Assembly (NCBI GenBank): GCA_958346515.1
Contig: CATVRV010000001.1
Span: 24,193 to 88,192, forward strand
Reading direction: 5' to 3'
Origin: an uncultured Collinsella sp.
GTDB lineage: Bacteria > Actinomycetota > Coriobacteriia > Coriobacteriales > Coriobacteriaceae
Length of the DNA: 64,000 nt
Below, in pieces: positions 54,179 to 62,358 of this stretch (position 1 is its first letter; the number at the start of each line of letters is the position of its first letter). Under the pieces are notes generated by a model. The model was not told where the DNA came from. It searched no databases and saw nothing but the letters and a program-made list of their open reading frames with translations. The translations under genes and the position numbers were made by a program.

Positions 54179-54266
54179 GGTGCTTTGCGGGCGGGCCAGG
54201 CTTTATCTGAACGACTTTGCGAAGCAACCGGAGTGAAGATAAAGCCTGCCCCGTCCGCAAAGCACC
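54179..54266. repeat. 88-bp GC-rich hairpin (30-bp arms, 28/30 complementary) upstream of purE
   Basis: ggtgctttgcgggcgggccaggctttatct (54179-54208) pairs with agataaagcctgccccgtccgcaaagcacc (54237-54266). Confidence 0.8.
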
Positions 54267-54361
54267 ACGCAGACCGCAGGGACGGGAGCGGCTATACTAC
54301 TCTCAGTAGTTAAGGGTCGCGGATTCGCCGCGTCACCGCTCTCAACAGGAGGTCTTTGTTT

Positions 54362-54826
54362 ATGGCAGATCAGAAGCCGGTTGTCGGGATCATCATGGGC
54401 TCCAAGTCCGATCTGGGCGTTATGGAAGGCTGCACCGCCGAGCTCGAGGCACTGGGCGTGCCCTATGAGCTCGTGATTGCGAGCGCGCACCGCACACCGG
54501 CGAAGGTCCATGAGTGGGCCTCGACCGCTGCCGACCGCGGCATCAAGGTGATTATCGCTGCCGCCGGCAAGGCTGCTCACCTGGGCGGTGTCGTGGCTGC
54601 GTTTACGCCGCTGCCGGTCATCGGCGTGCCTATGAAGACGAGCGATCTGGGTGGTATGGACTCACTGCTGTCGATGGTTCAGATGCCTTCGGGCGTGCCC
54701 GTTGCCTGTGTGGCCATCAACGGTGCCAAGAACGCTGCCATTTACGCCACGCAGATTCTGGGCGCATGCGACCTCGAGTACCGCAAGGTTATCGAGAAGA
54801 TGAAGCAAGAGATGGCTGACGCCTAA
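54362..54826 (+). CDS. purE: N5-carboxyaminoimidazole ribonucleotide mutase
   Basis: VGIIMGSKSDLGVM, SAHRTP and AAGKAAHLGGVVAA..PLPVIGVP motifs. The ATG at 54362 lies 9 nt after AGGAGG. Confidence 0.95.
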   Translation: MADQKPVVGIIMGSKSDLGVMEGCTAELEALGVPYELVIASAHRTPAKVHEWASTAADRGIKVIIAAAGKAAHLGGVVAAFTPLPVIGVPMKTSDLGGMDSLLSMVQMPSGVPVACVAINGAKNAAIYATQILGACDLEYRKVIEKMKQEMADA

Positions 54827-54862
54827 GCGCTCTGCCAGTCCATTTGCAGCATAAGGAGAGCC

Positions 54863-55861
54863 ATGTCCGACTATCAGGGAAAGCGTTTTTCGGCTTCTCG
54901 GATTCCCGATCCAGCCAAGTCGGGAGCAGCCCGCGCGCCGCAGCGGGGTCGGACATCCTCTCCTCAGCAGTCGCGTGCGCCGCGCCCCGTGACGCCGGCG
55001 AAGCATCGCCGTCAGGATACGCCTGCTGCATATCGCCCTTCGTCATACAGTACGGCCAAGAGGTCACCTCGCTCTTCGGCGCATACCGCGCCATCGAGCT
55101 ATACCGAGCCGCCGCGCAAAAAGCGCCGCTCCGTCATTCCCATACTGCTCATCATTATCGGCATTGGCCTGATCGTTGCCGCTGCCGCCATCTTTATCAA
55201 CGCGCAGATTGGCTACAAGCAGGCGAGCGAGTCGTATCAAAAAATCGAAAAGCAATATGTGAGTGACAAGGACGCCAGCGGCGTGCCGATTATCGACTTT
55301 GATGCGCTTGCCCAGACAAATCCCGAGGTTGTGGGTTGGATTTACGCGCCCGGTACTAACATCAACTACCCCGTGGTGCAGACCAACAACAACTCCAAGT
55401 ACCTCAACACGCTGTTCGACGGCACCGCCAATGCCTCGGGAGCCATCTTCTTGGATAGCGACGACACCGCGCCGGGTATGGTGGATCAGCAGACCACGAT
55501 TTACGGTCATCACATGAACGACGGTTCGATGTTCAACGTGATTTCGGATACGACCGATCAGGCGACGTTCGACAGCATGGAATACGTGTACTACATCACG
55601 CGCGATGCGACGTATAAGTTGCGCCCGCTGGCGACCAAGGTGGTCGAGGACACGTATGCCAAGGCGCGCACGCCCAACTTTGAGGGCGATGACGGACTGA
55701 AGAATTACCTGTCCGAGATGCTCGACGGTGCCTCTGCCGTGGCGAGCGATGCCACTGATCGCGCCGCTTCGGCAACCAAGGTCGTAACGCTTGTGACCTG
55801 CCGTTCGCTGTCATTTAGCAATACGCGCGCAGTCATGGTGCTCACGCCGGTCGAGGAATAA
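54863..55861 (+). CDS. Sortase (class B-like) with a long basic Pro/Ser/Arg-rich N-terminal region
   Basis: After a TM helix (VIPILLIIIGIGLIVAAAAIFI) the sequence NPEVVGWIYAPGTNINYPVVQTNNNSKYLN...ASGAIFLD....TTIYGHHMNDGSMFN resembles class B sortases. The catalytic Cys is in VVTLVTCRS. Confidence 0.85.
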   Translation: MSDYQGKRFSASRIPDPAKSGAARAPQRGRTSSPQQSRAPRPVTPAKHRRQDTPAAYRPSSYSTAKRSPRSSAHTAPSSYTEPPRKKRRSVIPILLIIIGIGLIVAAAAIFINAQIGYKQASESYQKIEKQYVSDKDASGVPIIDFDALAQTNPEVVGWIYAPGTNINYPVVQTNNNSKYLNTLFDGTANASGAIFLDSDDTAPGMVDQQTTIYGHHMNDGSMFNVISDTTDQATFDSMEYVYYITRDATYKLRPLATKVVEDTYAKARTPNFEGDDGLKNYLSEMLDGASAVASDATDRAASATKVVTLVTCRSLSFSNTRAVMVLTPVEE

Positions 55862-55913
55862 AGTGTCCGGGAGCCCCGTCCCAAAAAGACTACCCTGGAA
55901 ATCAAAAGGAGAA

Positions 55914-56333
55914 ATGATGCTTGAAAGCGGCAAATCGATGCCTTCGATTGATGCTTGGCTGCACGAAGCCAAGGCCGATGTTTCGGCGGCTGATTGTGGG
56001 ATGTACCTGACACACAACGGCGTGGTGCGTGCGACGCCCAAGGCCGAGGTGCGTGGGGTCGAGACGGATGGTGTGGCGCCTGGACATAAGGTGGGCGGCA
56101 TGGTGTTTGGCTTCGATGCCGAAAAGGTGCAGGCCGCTATCGAGGCAACACGCGCGATGCCGGGTATCGGCTACGTGCGCGTGTGGTTGGCGAGTGGCGA
56201 GCTCGCCGTGGGCGACGACATCATGCTCGTGCTCATTGGCGGAGACATTCGCCCGCATGTGGTCGATGCGCTGCAGGCGCTCGTCGGTACCATCAAAAAT
56301 GAGTGTGCGAGCGAGATCGAGCGCGAGGCGTAA
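55914..56333 (+). CDS. Small conserved protein, possibly with a MoaE-like fold (function uncertain)
   Basis: 139-aa ORF whose ATG follows AAAGGAG. The pattern ...THNGVVR.......V.GM.F..D..K...AI......GI..VRVWL.SGEL.VGDDIMLVLIGGDIR..V..AL..LV..IK loosely resembles molybdopterin synthase large-subunit-like proteins. No other moa genes are nearby. Confidence 0.4.
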   Translation: MMLESGKSMPSIDAWLHEAKADVSAADCGMYLTHNGVVRATPKAEVRGVETDGVAPGHKVGGMVFGFDAEKVQAAIEATRAMPGIGYVRVWLASGELAVGDDIMLVLIGGDIRPHVVDALQALVGTIKNECASEIEREA

Positions 56334-56356
56334 GGCCGGCAGCGGCACTCGCCAAC

Positions 56357-56399
56357 AAAAAGCCCGCTGGCAGTTTAATCAGTCTGCCAGCGGGCTTTT
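56357..56399. terminator. Bidirectional terminator between convergent genes
   Basis: aaaagcccgctggcag / ctgccagcgggctttt gives a perfect 16-bp stem with A/T runs on both sides. Confidence 0.7.
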
Positions 56400-56433
56400 C
56401 TGTGCGTTGGAAAAATCTCGGCATTGCGTGGCG

Positions 56434-57663
56434 CTACACGCGCGTCGCATCCTTGGGGCTCATGGTCATGCTCTGGAAGCGGTTTTCCATGTAGTCGTTA
56501 TCAAAATATTTGCCGTAGAACTGCGCGACGGGAATATCCGGCTCCGTGCCGTTGACGCGCTGGTACCAGTAGTCGAGCGACTGCAGCGTCATGACGCCGT
56601 CGACCAGCATAATGACGGTAAAGATGACGGTAGCCGAGTAGCGACTCTTCCACGGAATCATGTTGATGAGCTTGAGCAGCCTCGGCAGCAGCAGCTTGAT
56701 CCAGATAAGGCCACCCAGGCCCCACAGGCAGGCAAAGCCCGTGCAGGTGCGTCCGCCCGTAAGGACGGCGAGTGGGTCGGGCATGCCGAACAGTTTCATG
56801 TGCGAGTAGCTCCACGACACCACGCCAAATGAGGTCTGCATAAACCAGCCTACAAACACCTCGAAAGCGCCGCCGATCAGGGCGCTTACCAGGAAAATGA
56901 TCAGAGGATTCTTTTTATAGAAGCGGTTGAGCGCCATGGTCATGAGCACCGCGCCAAATCCGTAGATGGGGCTAAAGGGGCCAAATAGCATACCGGCCCG
57001 GTCCTGATAGACGCCGGGATCGACGACGACCATATGCCAGACTTCCTCGAGAATGAGACCTAACACGCTGCAGACGAAGAATACCCAGAACAGGTTGAAG
57101 TAGTTGAGCTTGATGTAGCCCTCGCCGGTTTCGTCGCGGCCGAGCATCCCCTCGGCGGCGGCATCGCGGTCGAGCATCTCTTGCAGACGGCGCTGCAGTT
57201 CGCGCTCCTGGCGTAGCGTGGGGTCGACGGTGGCCGACAGCGCAATGAGGATACCGAGCTGAATGGCGGGGCGCAGCAGGAAGGGTCCGATACCCTGGAG
57301 CATCACGTCAACTAAAAGCTCCACGACGGTCAATGCGATGAGGACGTAAGACAGGCGGGCGGCATTGCGCCGCTGGTCCTTGATGAGGTCCAGGCCAAAG
57401 ACGATTAAGATGATCGCGCTTGCCGCCGAGAGCATAATGCCGGCGACGATAAGGCCAACCGCGACCAGGGTGTTATCACCGAGCTTAGCGGCGGCGTTGC
57501 CGTTAATGAGTGCGGTGATGACCTGCCACATAAAGACGGCGACCGACGGGAGTGTGCCCACGCCGGACAGGATGCACAGGACGGCGTACACTTTAATGAT
57601 GAGGGGAATCTTCTTGACCTCCGTGGCGCTGGGGACGCTGGGGTCGAGTTCGTTTCGATCCAT
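56434..57663 (-). CDS. Polytopic membrane protein; the C-terminal half resembles the 'putative ABC-transporter type IV' family
   Basis: 409-aa ORF with about 9 TM helices. The segment NLFWVFFVCSVLGLILEEVWHMV.....YQDRAGMLFGPFSPIYGFGAVLM matches my recollection of Pfam PF06541. The N-terminal ~170 aa are extra TM helices. Confidence 0.65.
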   Translation of the reverse strand: MDRNELDPSVPSATEVKKIPLIIKVYAVLCILSGVGTLPSVAVFMWQVITALINGNAAAKLGDNTLVAVGLIVAGIMLSAASAIILIVFGLDLIKDQRRNAARLSYVLIALTVVELLVDVMLQGIGPFLLRPAIQLGILIALSATVDPTLRQERELQRRLQEMLDRDAAAEGMLGRDETGEGYIKLNYFNLFWVFFVCSVLGLILEEVWHMVVVDPGVYQDRAGMLFGPFSPIYGFGAVLMTMALNRFYKKNPLIIFLVSALIGGAFEVFVGWFMQTSFGVVSWSYSHMKLFGMPDPLAVLTGGRTCTGFACLWGLGGLIWIKLLLPRLLKLINMIPWKSRYSATVIFTVIMLVDGVMTLQSLDYWYQRVNGTEPDIPVAQFYGKYFDNDYMENRFQSMTMSPKDATRV

Positions 57664-57948
57664 ACAGAACCTTTCTCGCTTTGTCCTAGGTTACTAGGAT
57701 ACGCCGCCGACCTGCTAAAAGACAGGACGAACGTCCCAATTGCAACTTTGCAATCCCCAACGGTGGACGCGGCGGCCATATGGGGGCGCGGGCGCTTGCA
57801 CTGGGCAGACCAATAAAATGTTTGGCCGCAAAACGGATTATTAGCTCGGTGGGCTTTTAAAAAGCGCTGCTCATGCGCTGGGGAGCGCGTCGCGCCGTGC
57901 GTATAATAAGGCGGGTAACGCCAAAATACGAGGCTCTGAGGGGATGCC

Positions 57949-59619
57949 ATGTCTCAAGAAACCATCCGCGCGGCCGAGCGCGCCGCGGGACAGGTGAACG
58001 CCATGTCGACGTATGATCCGGACTCCGACCAGCTGCATGAGGAATGCGGCGTTTTTGGTGTGTGGGCGCCCGATCGTGACGTGGCTCGACTGACGTACTT
58101 TGGCCTGCGTGCACTGCAGCACCGTGGCCAAGAATCGGCGGGAATCGCTGTTGGTGACGGCGGTACGGTTATGGTCCGCAAGGACCTGGGCCTGCTCGAC
58201 CGCGTGTTCTCCAATGCCGACTTATCGACGCTCTCCGGTCAGCTGGCCGTGGGTCATGTGCGCTATGGCACCGCCGGCGCCAAGAGCTGGGAAGCCTCTC
58301 AGCCGCACCTCTCTACCATCAATAGCGTCATTATCGCGCTCGCGCACAACGGCACCCTCGTCAACACCGACGAGCTGCGCCGCCAGCTGATCGAGCTGGG
58401 CGTGCCGTTCCTCTCCAACTCGGATTCCGAGGTCGCGACCAAACTCATCGGCTACTTTACTCAGCGTACAGGCCATCTGCGCGAGGGCATTCGCAAGACC
58501 ATGGAGCTCGTGCGTGGCGGCTACGCCATGACGCTCATCAACGAGCAGGCGCTCTATGCATTCCGCGATCCGCACGGCATTCGCCCGCTCGTGCTGGGCA
58601 AGCTGGTGGACGAGGGCCTGGACCAGGCCGATGCCGCATCCGTTTCGAAGCTGCCGTCGCAGGACGGCGCCGCGACGGTCGACGCCACCACCCGTGTCAC
58701 CCGCGCCGGCGGCTGGGTCGTCGCCTCCGAGACTTGTGCGCTCGACATTGTGGGCGCCGAGTACGTCCGCGACGTCCGTCCCGGTGAGATTTTGCGCATC
58801 AGCGCCGAGGGCCTTGTGTCCGAGCAGGGTGTGCCCGCTGCCGAAGAGCCTGCTAACTGCATCTTTGAGCAGGTCTACTTCGCCCGCCCCGATTCCATCA
58901 TGAACGGCAAGAGCGTCTACGCCTGCCGTTACGACATGGGTCGTCAGCTGGCACATGAGGAGCCCGTCGAGGCCGACCTGGTCATCGGCGTGCCTGACTC
59001 CGGCCTGCCGCCCGCGGAGGGGTATTCGCACGAGAGCGGCATTCCCTTTGGCGAGGGCCTTATCAAGAACCGTTACGTGGGCCGCACGTTTATCGAGCCT
59101 ACGCAGGAGTTGCGCGCCATGGGCGTGCGTATGAAACTCAACCCGCTGCGCGACAACATCGAGGGCAAGCGCCTGGTCGTCATCGACGACTCCATCGTCC
59201 GCGGCACCACCATGGTGCAGCTCGTCAAGATGCTGCGCAACGCCGGCGCCAAGGAGATTCATATCCGCATCAACTCGCCCGAGGTCATCTGGCCGTGCTT
59301 CTACGGTATCGATACCGACGTGCAGTCGCAGCTTATCAGCGCCAACAAGACGGTCGATGAGATCTGCGAGTACATTGGCGCCGATTCGCTGGCCTTCCTT
59401 TCGGTTGAGGGCCTGCTTAAGGTCATGCCCAAGGGCGGTTACTGCGATGCGTGCTTTACCGGACGCTACCCCGTAGCGATTCCCGAGAGCTTTGGCCGCG
59501 ACAAGTTCATGGAGGGCTTTAAGCCCCGCAACCTGGACAAGCCGTTGCACTTTGACGACGACGCCGTGGTCGAGAAATACGACGACCGCAGCTGGGAAGA
59601 GGAGCACGGCGAGGCCTAA
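57949..59619 (+). CDS. purF: Amidophosphoribosyltransferase
   Basis: A propeptide is followed by the catalytic Cys (HEECGVFGVW) and an Ntn-GATase domain. The PRTase motif is VVIDDSIVRGTT, and C-terminal Cys residues (CFYGID, CDACFTG) fit the Fe-S type. Confidence 0.96.
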   Translation: MSQETIRAAERAAGQVNAMSTYDPDSDQLHEECGVFGVWAPDRDVARLTYFGLRALQHRGQESAGIAVGDGGTVMVRKDLGLLDRVFSNADLSTLSGQLAVGHVRYGTAGAKSWEASQPHLSTINSVIIALAHNGTLVNTDELRRQLIELGVPFLSNSDSEVATKLIGYFTQRTGHLREGIRKTMELVRGGYAMTLINEQALYAFRDPHGIRPLVLGKLVDEGLDQADAASVSKLPSQDGAATVDATTRVTRAGGWVVASETCALDIVGAEYVRDVRPGEILRISAEGLVSEQGVPAAEEPANCIFEQVYFARPDSIMNGKSVYACRYDMGRQLAHEEPVEADLVIGVPDSGLPPAEGYSHESGIPFGEGLIKNRYVGRTFIEPTQELRAMGVRMKLNPLRDNIEGKRLVVIDDSIVRGTTMVQLVKMLRNAGAKEIHIRINSPEVIWPCFYGIDTDVQSQLISANKTVDEICEYIGADSLAFLSVEGLLKVMPKGGYCDACFTGRYPVAIPESFGRDKFMEGFKPRNLDKPLHFDDDAVVEKYDDRSWEEEHGEA

Positions 59620-59776
59620 AATCTGCCATTTAGGGACAGGTTTATTCTGGTAGGTTTTACCTGCTGTTTTGTTGATATGACGGCGCGTGCTGTTATGGCG
59701 CGCGCCGAAATGAACGCAACTATGAGCACCGTTTGGCGCCCGCGCGGCGCCACGGTAGTGGGAGAGGAAGGCTCAG

Positions 59777-60880
59777 ATGAGCGACAGCAAGCATGTGACG
59801 TATGAGGACGCCGGCGTCGATACCGCCGAGGGTGGCCGCGCCGTCGACGCTATTAAGCAGATGGTCAAGGACACCAACCGCCCCGAGGTTATCGGCGGCA
59901 TCGGTGGCTTTGGTGGCCTGTTCTCGGCTGCCGCGCTCAAGGATATGGAAGACCCGATCCTGATCAGCGGCACCGACGGCGTGGGCACCAAGCTCGTGCT
60001 CGCCCAGATCATGGACCGTCACGAGACGGTGGGCCAGGACTTGGTCGCCATGTGCGTCAATGACATTTTGGCTTCGGGCGCCGAGCCGCTGTTCTTCCTG
60101 GATTACGTTGCCATCGGTCACATTGAGGCCGAGCACATGGCAAAGATCATCAAGGGCGTGGCCGACGGCTGCAAGCTCGCGGGCTGCGCGCTCGTGGGCG
60201 GCGAGATGGCCGAGCACCCGGGCGTCATGGCCCCCGCCGATTACGACCTCGCCGGCTTTACCGTGGGTGTTGTCGATCGTCCCAAGATGCTCGACCCCGC
60301 GAACGTTCGCCCCGGCGATGTGATCCTGGGCCTGCCCTCCACCGGCGTGCACTCCAACGGATACTCACTCGTGCGCAAGGTCATCGGTGTCGACGGCATC
60401 AAGCCGGGCACGCCCGAGGCCGCCGCTAAGGCCGAGGAACTGAGCCGTCCGCTCGAGGAGCTCGGCGGTGCTTCGCTGGCCGATGCTCTGCTGGCCCCTA
60501 CGCGCATCTACGTCAAGCCGATTCTGGAGCTGCTGCGCGGCGGCGCTAACGTGCACGCCATCGCCCACATCACCGGCGGCGGTATCACCGAGAACCTCAA
60601 CCGTGCGCTCGCCGACGACGTCGACGCCGTGGTCACCCGCAACGGCGCCGAGATGGGCTGGGACGTTCCGCCCGTCATCACCTACGTGTCGCGTCAGGCC
60701 GAGCTCGCGCCCAACGAGGCATGCAAGACCTTCAACATGGGCGTCGGCCTGTGCCTGATCGTCGCCCCCGAGGACGAGGCTGCCGTGACCGAGGCTCTGG
60801 TCGCGCTAGGCGAGAAGCCGTTCCGCGTGGGTGAGTGCGTCGAGGGCTCCGGTAAGGTCGTGTACTCCGATGAGCGCTAA
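59777..60880 (+). CDS. purM: Phosphoribosylformylglycinamidine cyclo-ligase (AIR synthetase)
   Basis: YEDAGVD, IGGFGGLF, GTDGVGTKL and DLVAMCVNDI motifs. Confidence 0.96.
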   Translation: MSDSKHVTYEDAGVDTAEGGRAVDAIKQMVKDTNRPEVIGGIGGFGGLFSAAALKDMEDPILISGTDGVGTKLVLAQIMDRHETVGQDLVAMCVNDILASGAEPLFFLDYVAIGHIEAEHMAKIIKGVADGCKLAGCALVGGEMAEHPGVMAPADYDLAGFTVGVVDRPKMLDPANVRPGDVILGLPSTGVHSNGYSLVRKVIGVDGIKPGTPEAAAKAEELSRPLEELGGASLADALLAPTRIYVKPILELLRGGANVHAIAHITGGGITENLNRALADDVDAVVTRNGAEMGWDVPPVITYVSRQAELAPNEACKTFNMGVGLCLIVAPEDEAAVTEALVALGEKPFRVGECVEGSGKVVYSDER

Positions 60881-61571
60881 CGAGCAGATGGTTGCTGCCG
60901 AGGGCCTGGGCTTTGTACCCTACACCCGTCCGACCGGCACCGATACGGCCGAGCCGCTTAAGATTGGCGTGCTTATCAGCGGTTCGGGTACCAACCTGCA
61001 GGCGCTGATCGACCTGATCGCCGCCGGCAAGCTCAACGCCTCGATTGAACTTGTGGTGTCGAGCCGTCCTTCGGCCAAGGGCCTGCAGCGTGCCGAGCGT
61101 GCGGGCATCCAGACACTCACGCTGTCCAAGGATGTCTATGCCGATCCCATCGCGGCTGACGAGATCATTGCGCATGAGCTGCTCGAGCGCGGCTGCGAAT
61201 ATGTGGTCATGGCCGGCTATATGCGCATGGTGCACACGCCGCTGCTGGCAGCGTTTCCCAATCGCGTGGTCAACCTGCATCCGGCATTGCTGCCGAGCTT
61301 TACCGGCGCCCATGCGATTGACGATGCGTTTGCTCGCGGCGTCAAGGTGACCGGCGTGACCGTGCACTTTGCCAACGAGATTTACGACAACGGCCCCATC
61401 ATCGCCCAGCGTGCACTGGCTGTCGAGGAGGGCTGGGACGTCGACACACTCGAGGAGCACATCCACGCGATCGAGCATGTGCTGTATCCCGAGGTCGTGC
61501 AAATGCTCGCCGACGGTCGCGTTCACGTGCTGGAGAGCGGCAAGGTCGCAATTGATGCGCCTCGCGGCTAG
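60870..61571 (+). CDS. purN: Phosphoribosylglycinamide formyltransferase
   Basis: IGVLISGSGTNLQALID, VVNLHPALLPSF.G and GVKVTGVTVHF motifs. I trimmed the start to the ATG at 60870, overlapping the purM stop. The ATG at 60888 is also possible. Confidence 0.93.
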   Translation: MSANEQMVAAEGLGFVPYTRPTGTDTAEPLKIGVLISGSGTNLQALIDLIAAGKLNASIELVVSSRPSAKGLQRAERAGIQTLTLSKDVYADPIAADEIIAHELLERGCEYVVMAGYMRMVHTPLLAAFPNRVVNLHPALLPSFTGAHAIDDAFARGVKVTGVTVHFANEIYDNGPIIAQRALAVEEGWDVDTLEEHIHAIEHVLYPEVVQMLADGRVHVLESGKVAIDAPRG

Positions 61572-61601
61572 TGGCGCACAGTACAATTTAGCCGAGTAGT
61601 C

Positions 61602-61646
61602 AGGGTGGTCATTGGCGCCAAGGCGCACGTGGCCACCCTTTGTTTT
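61602..61646 (+). terminator. Rho-independent terminator after purN
   Basis: Stem agggtgg...ccaccct with an inner GC helix, followed by TTGTTTT. Confidence 0.6.
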
Positions 61647-61649
61647 GGG

Positions 61650-61705
61650 TAGTCACCTGCGACGTTCTTTAACGACTAGTCGTTTAAGAACGTCCCAGGT
61701 GACTA
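61650..61705. promoter_or_regulatory. 56-bp near-perfect palindrome (26/28 arm matches) upstream of the PTS EIIA gene
   Basis: tagtcacctgcgacgttctttaacgact | agtcgtttaagaacgtcccaggtgacta, centred between 61677 and 61678. It ends 18 nt before the EIIA ATG and just before its GAGAGGTGAG RBS. Confidence 0.6.
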
Positions 61706-61723
61706 GATGAGAGAGGTGAGCGT

Positions 61724-62188
61724 ATGGCGGATAACGAAGCGCTGTTTACGCCTGAGCTGGTGTTTTTTGATTGGGAGTGTGCGACGCCGGGCGAGGTGTT
61801 TGCGCGGCTTGAGGGCGAGCTTGCCCCGCGCGGCTACATTGTCGACGGTTGGCTCGACGCCGTTCGCACGCGCGAGGATGCCTACCCTACGGGTCTTGCC
61901 ATGCCGGCGGCAAACATTGCCATTCCGCATACCGATCCGGGGTTTGTGGCCAAGCCCTATATCGCGGTGGTGAAGCCCGCCGCGCCCGTGACATTTAACG
62001 CTATGGCTGGCATGGGCGCTCCGGTGCCGGCGCAGATCGTCATCAATCTGGGCATCGTCGAGCCGGGCGGCCAGGTCGAGGCCCTTCAGGCGCTCATGAA
62101 CATCTTTATGGACGCCGATGCCGCAGCCGACGTGCTCGGCCAGACCACGCCCCAGGGCATGGTCGACGCCATCCGCCGTCACTTCTAA
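61724..62188 (+). CDS. PTS EIIA component (fructose/mannitol/Ntr-type EIIA-2 domain), orphan
   Basis: 154-aa ORF with REDAYPTGLAMPAANIAIPHTD (phosphorylatable His region) and overall EIIA-2 length. No EIIB or EIIC is in the window. Confidence 0.85.
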   Translation: MADNEALFTPELVFFDWECATPGEVFARLEGELAPRGYIVDGWLDAVRTREDAYPTGLAMPAANIAIPHTDPGFVAKPYIAVVKPAAPVTFNAMAGMGAPVPAQIVINLGIVEPGGQVEALQALMNIFMDADAAADVLGQTTPQGMVDAIRRHF

Positions 62189-62358
62189 GGTGGGGCTGAG
62201 CCGGCACTTGGGGACTGTCCCTAACTGCCGGCTGCCAGAGCTGTCCCCTTTGCACCAAAATGGTGCAGATTAACCTGTCCCCAATGCACCAAGCGTGCCG
62301 CGGGGGCTGCGTTGTGACACAATGGCGTTTGTTCGATTCGTTATGCGAAAGGCCAACT

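Noticed and set aside
54137-54361. Purine or ZTP (pfl) riboswitch upstream of purE. I made the same check upstream of purF at 57850-57948.
   Set aside because: I could not find the conserved cores: the UAUAAU...GUUUCUACC three-way junction for purine, or the GGGUCGUG / CCGCCUGGGC elements for ZTP. The TATAAT near purF reads as a -10 box. This needs an Infernal scan to be definitive.
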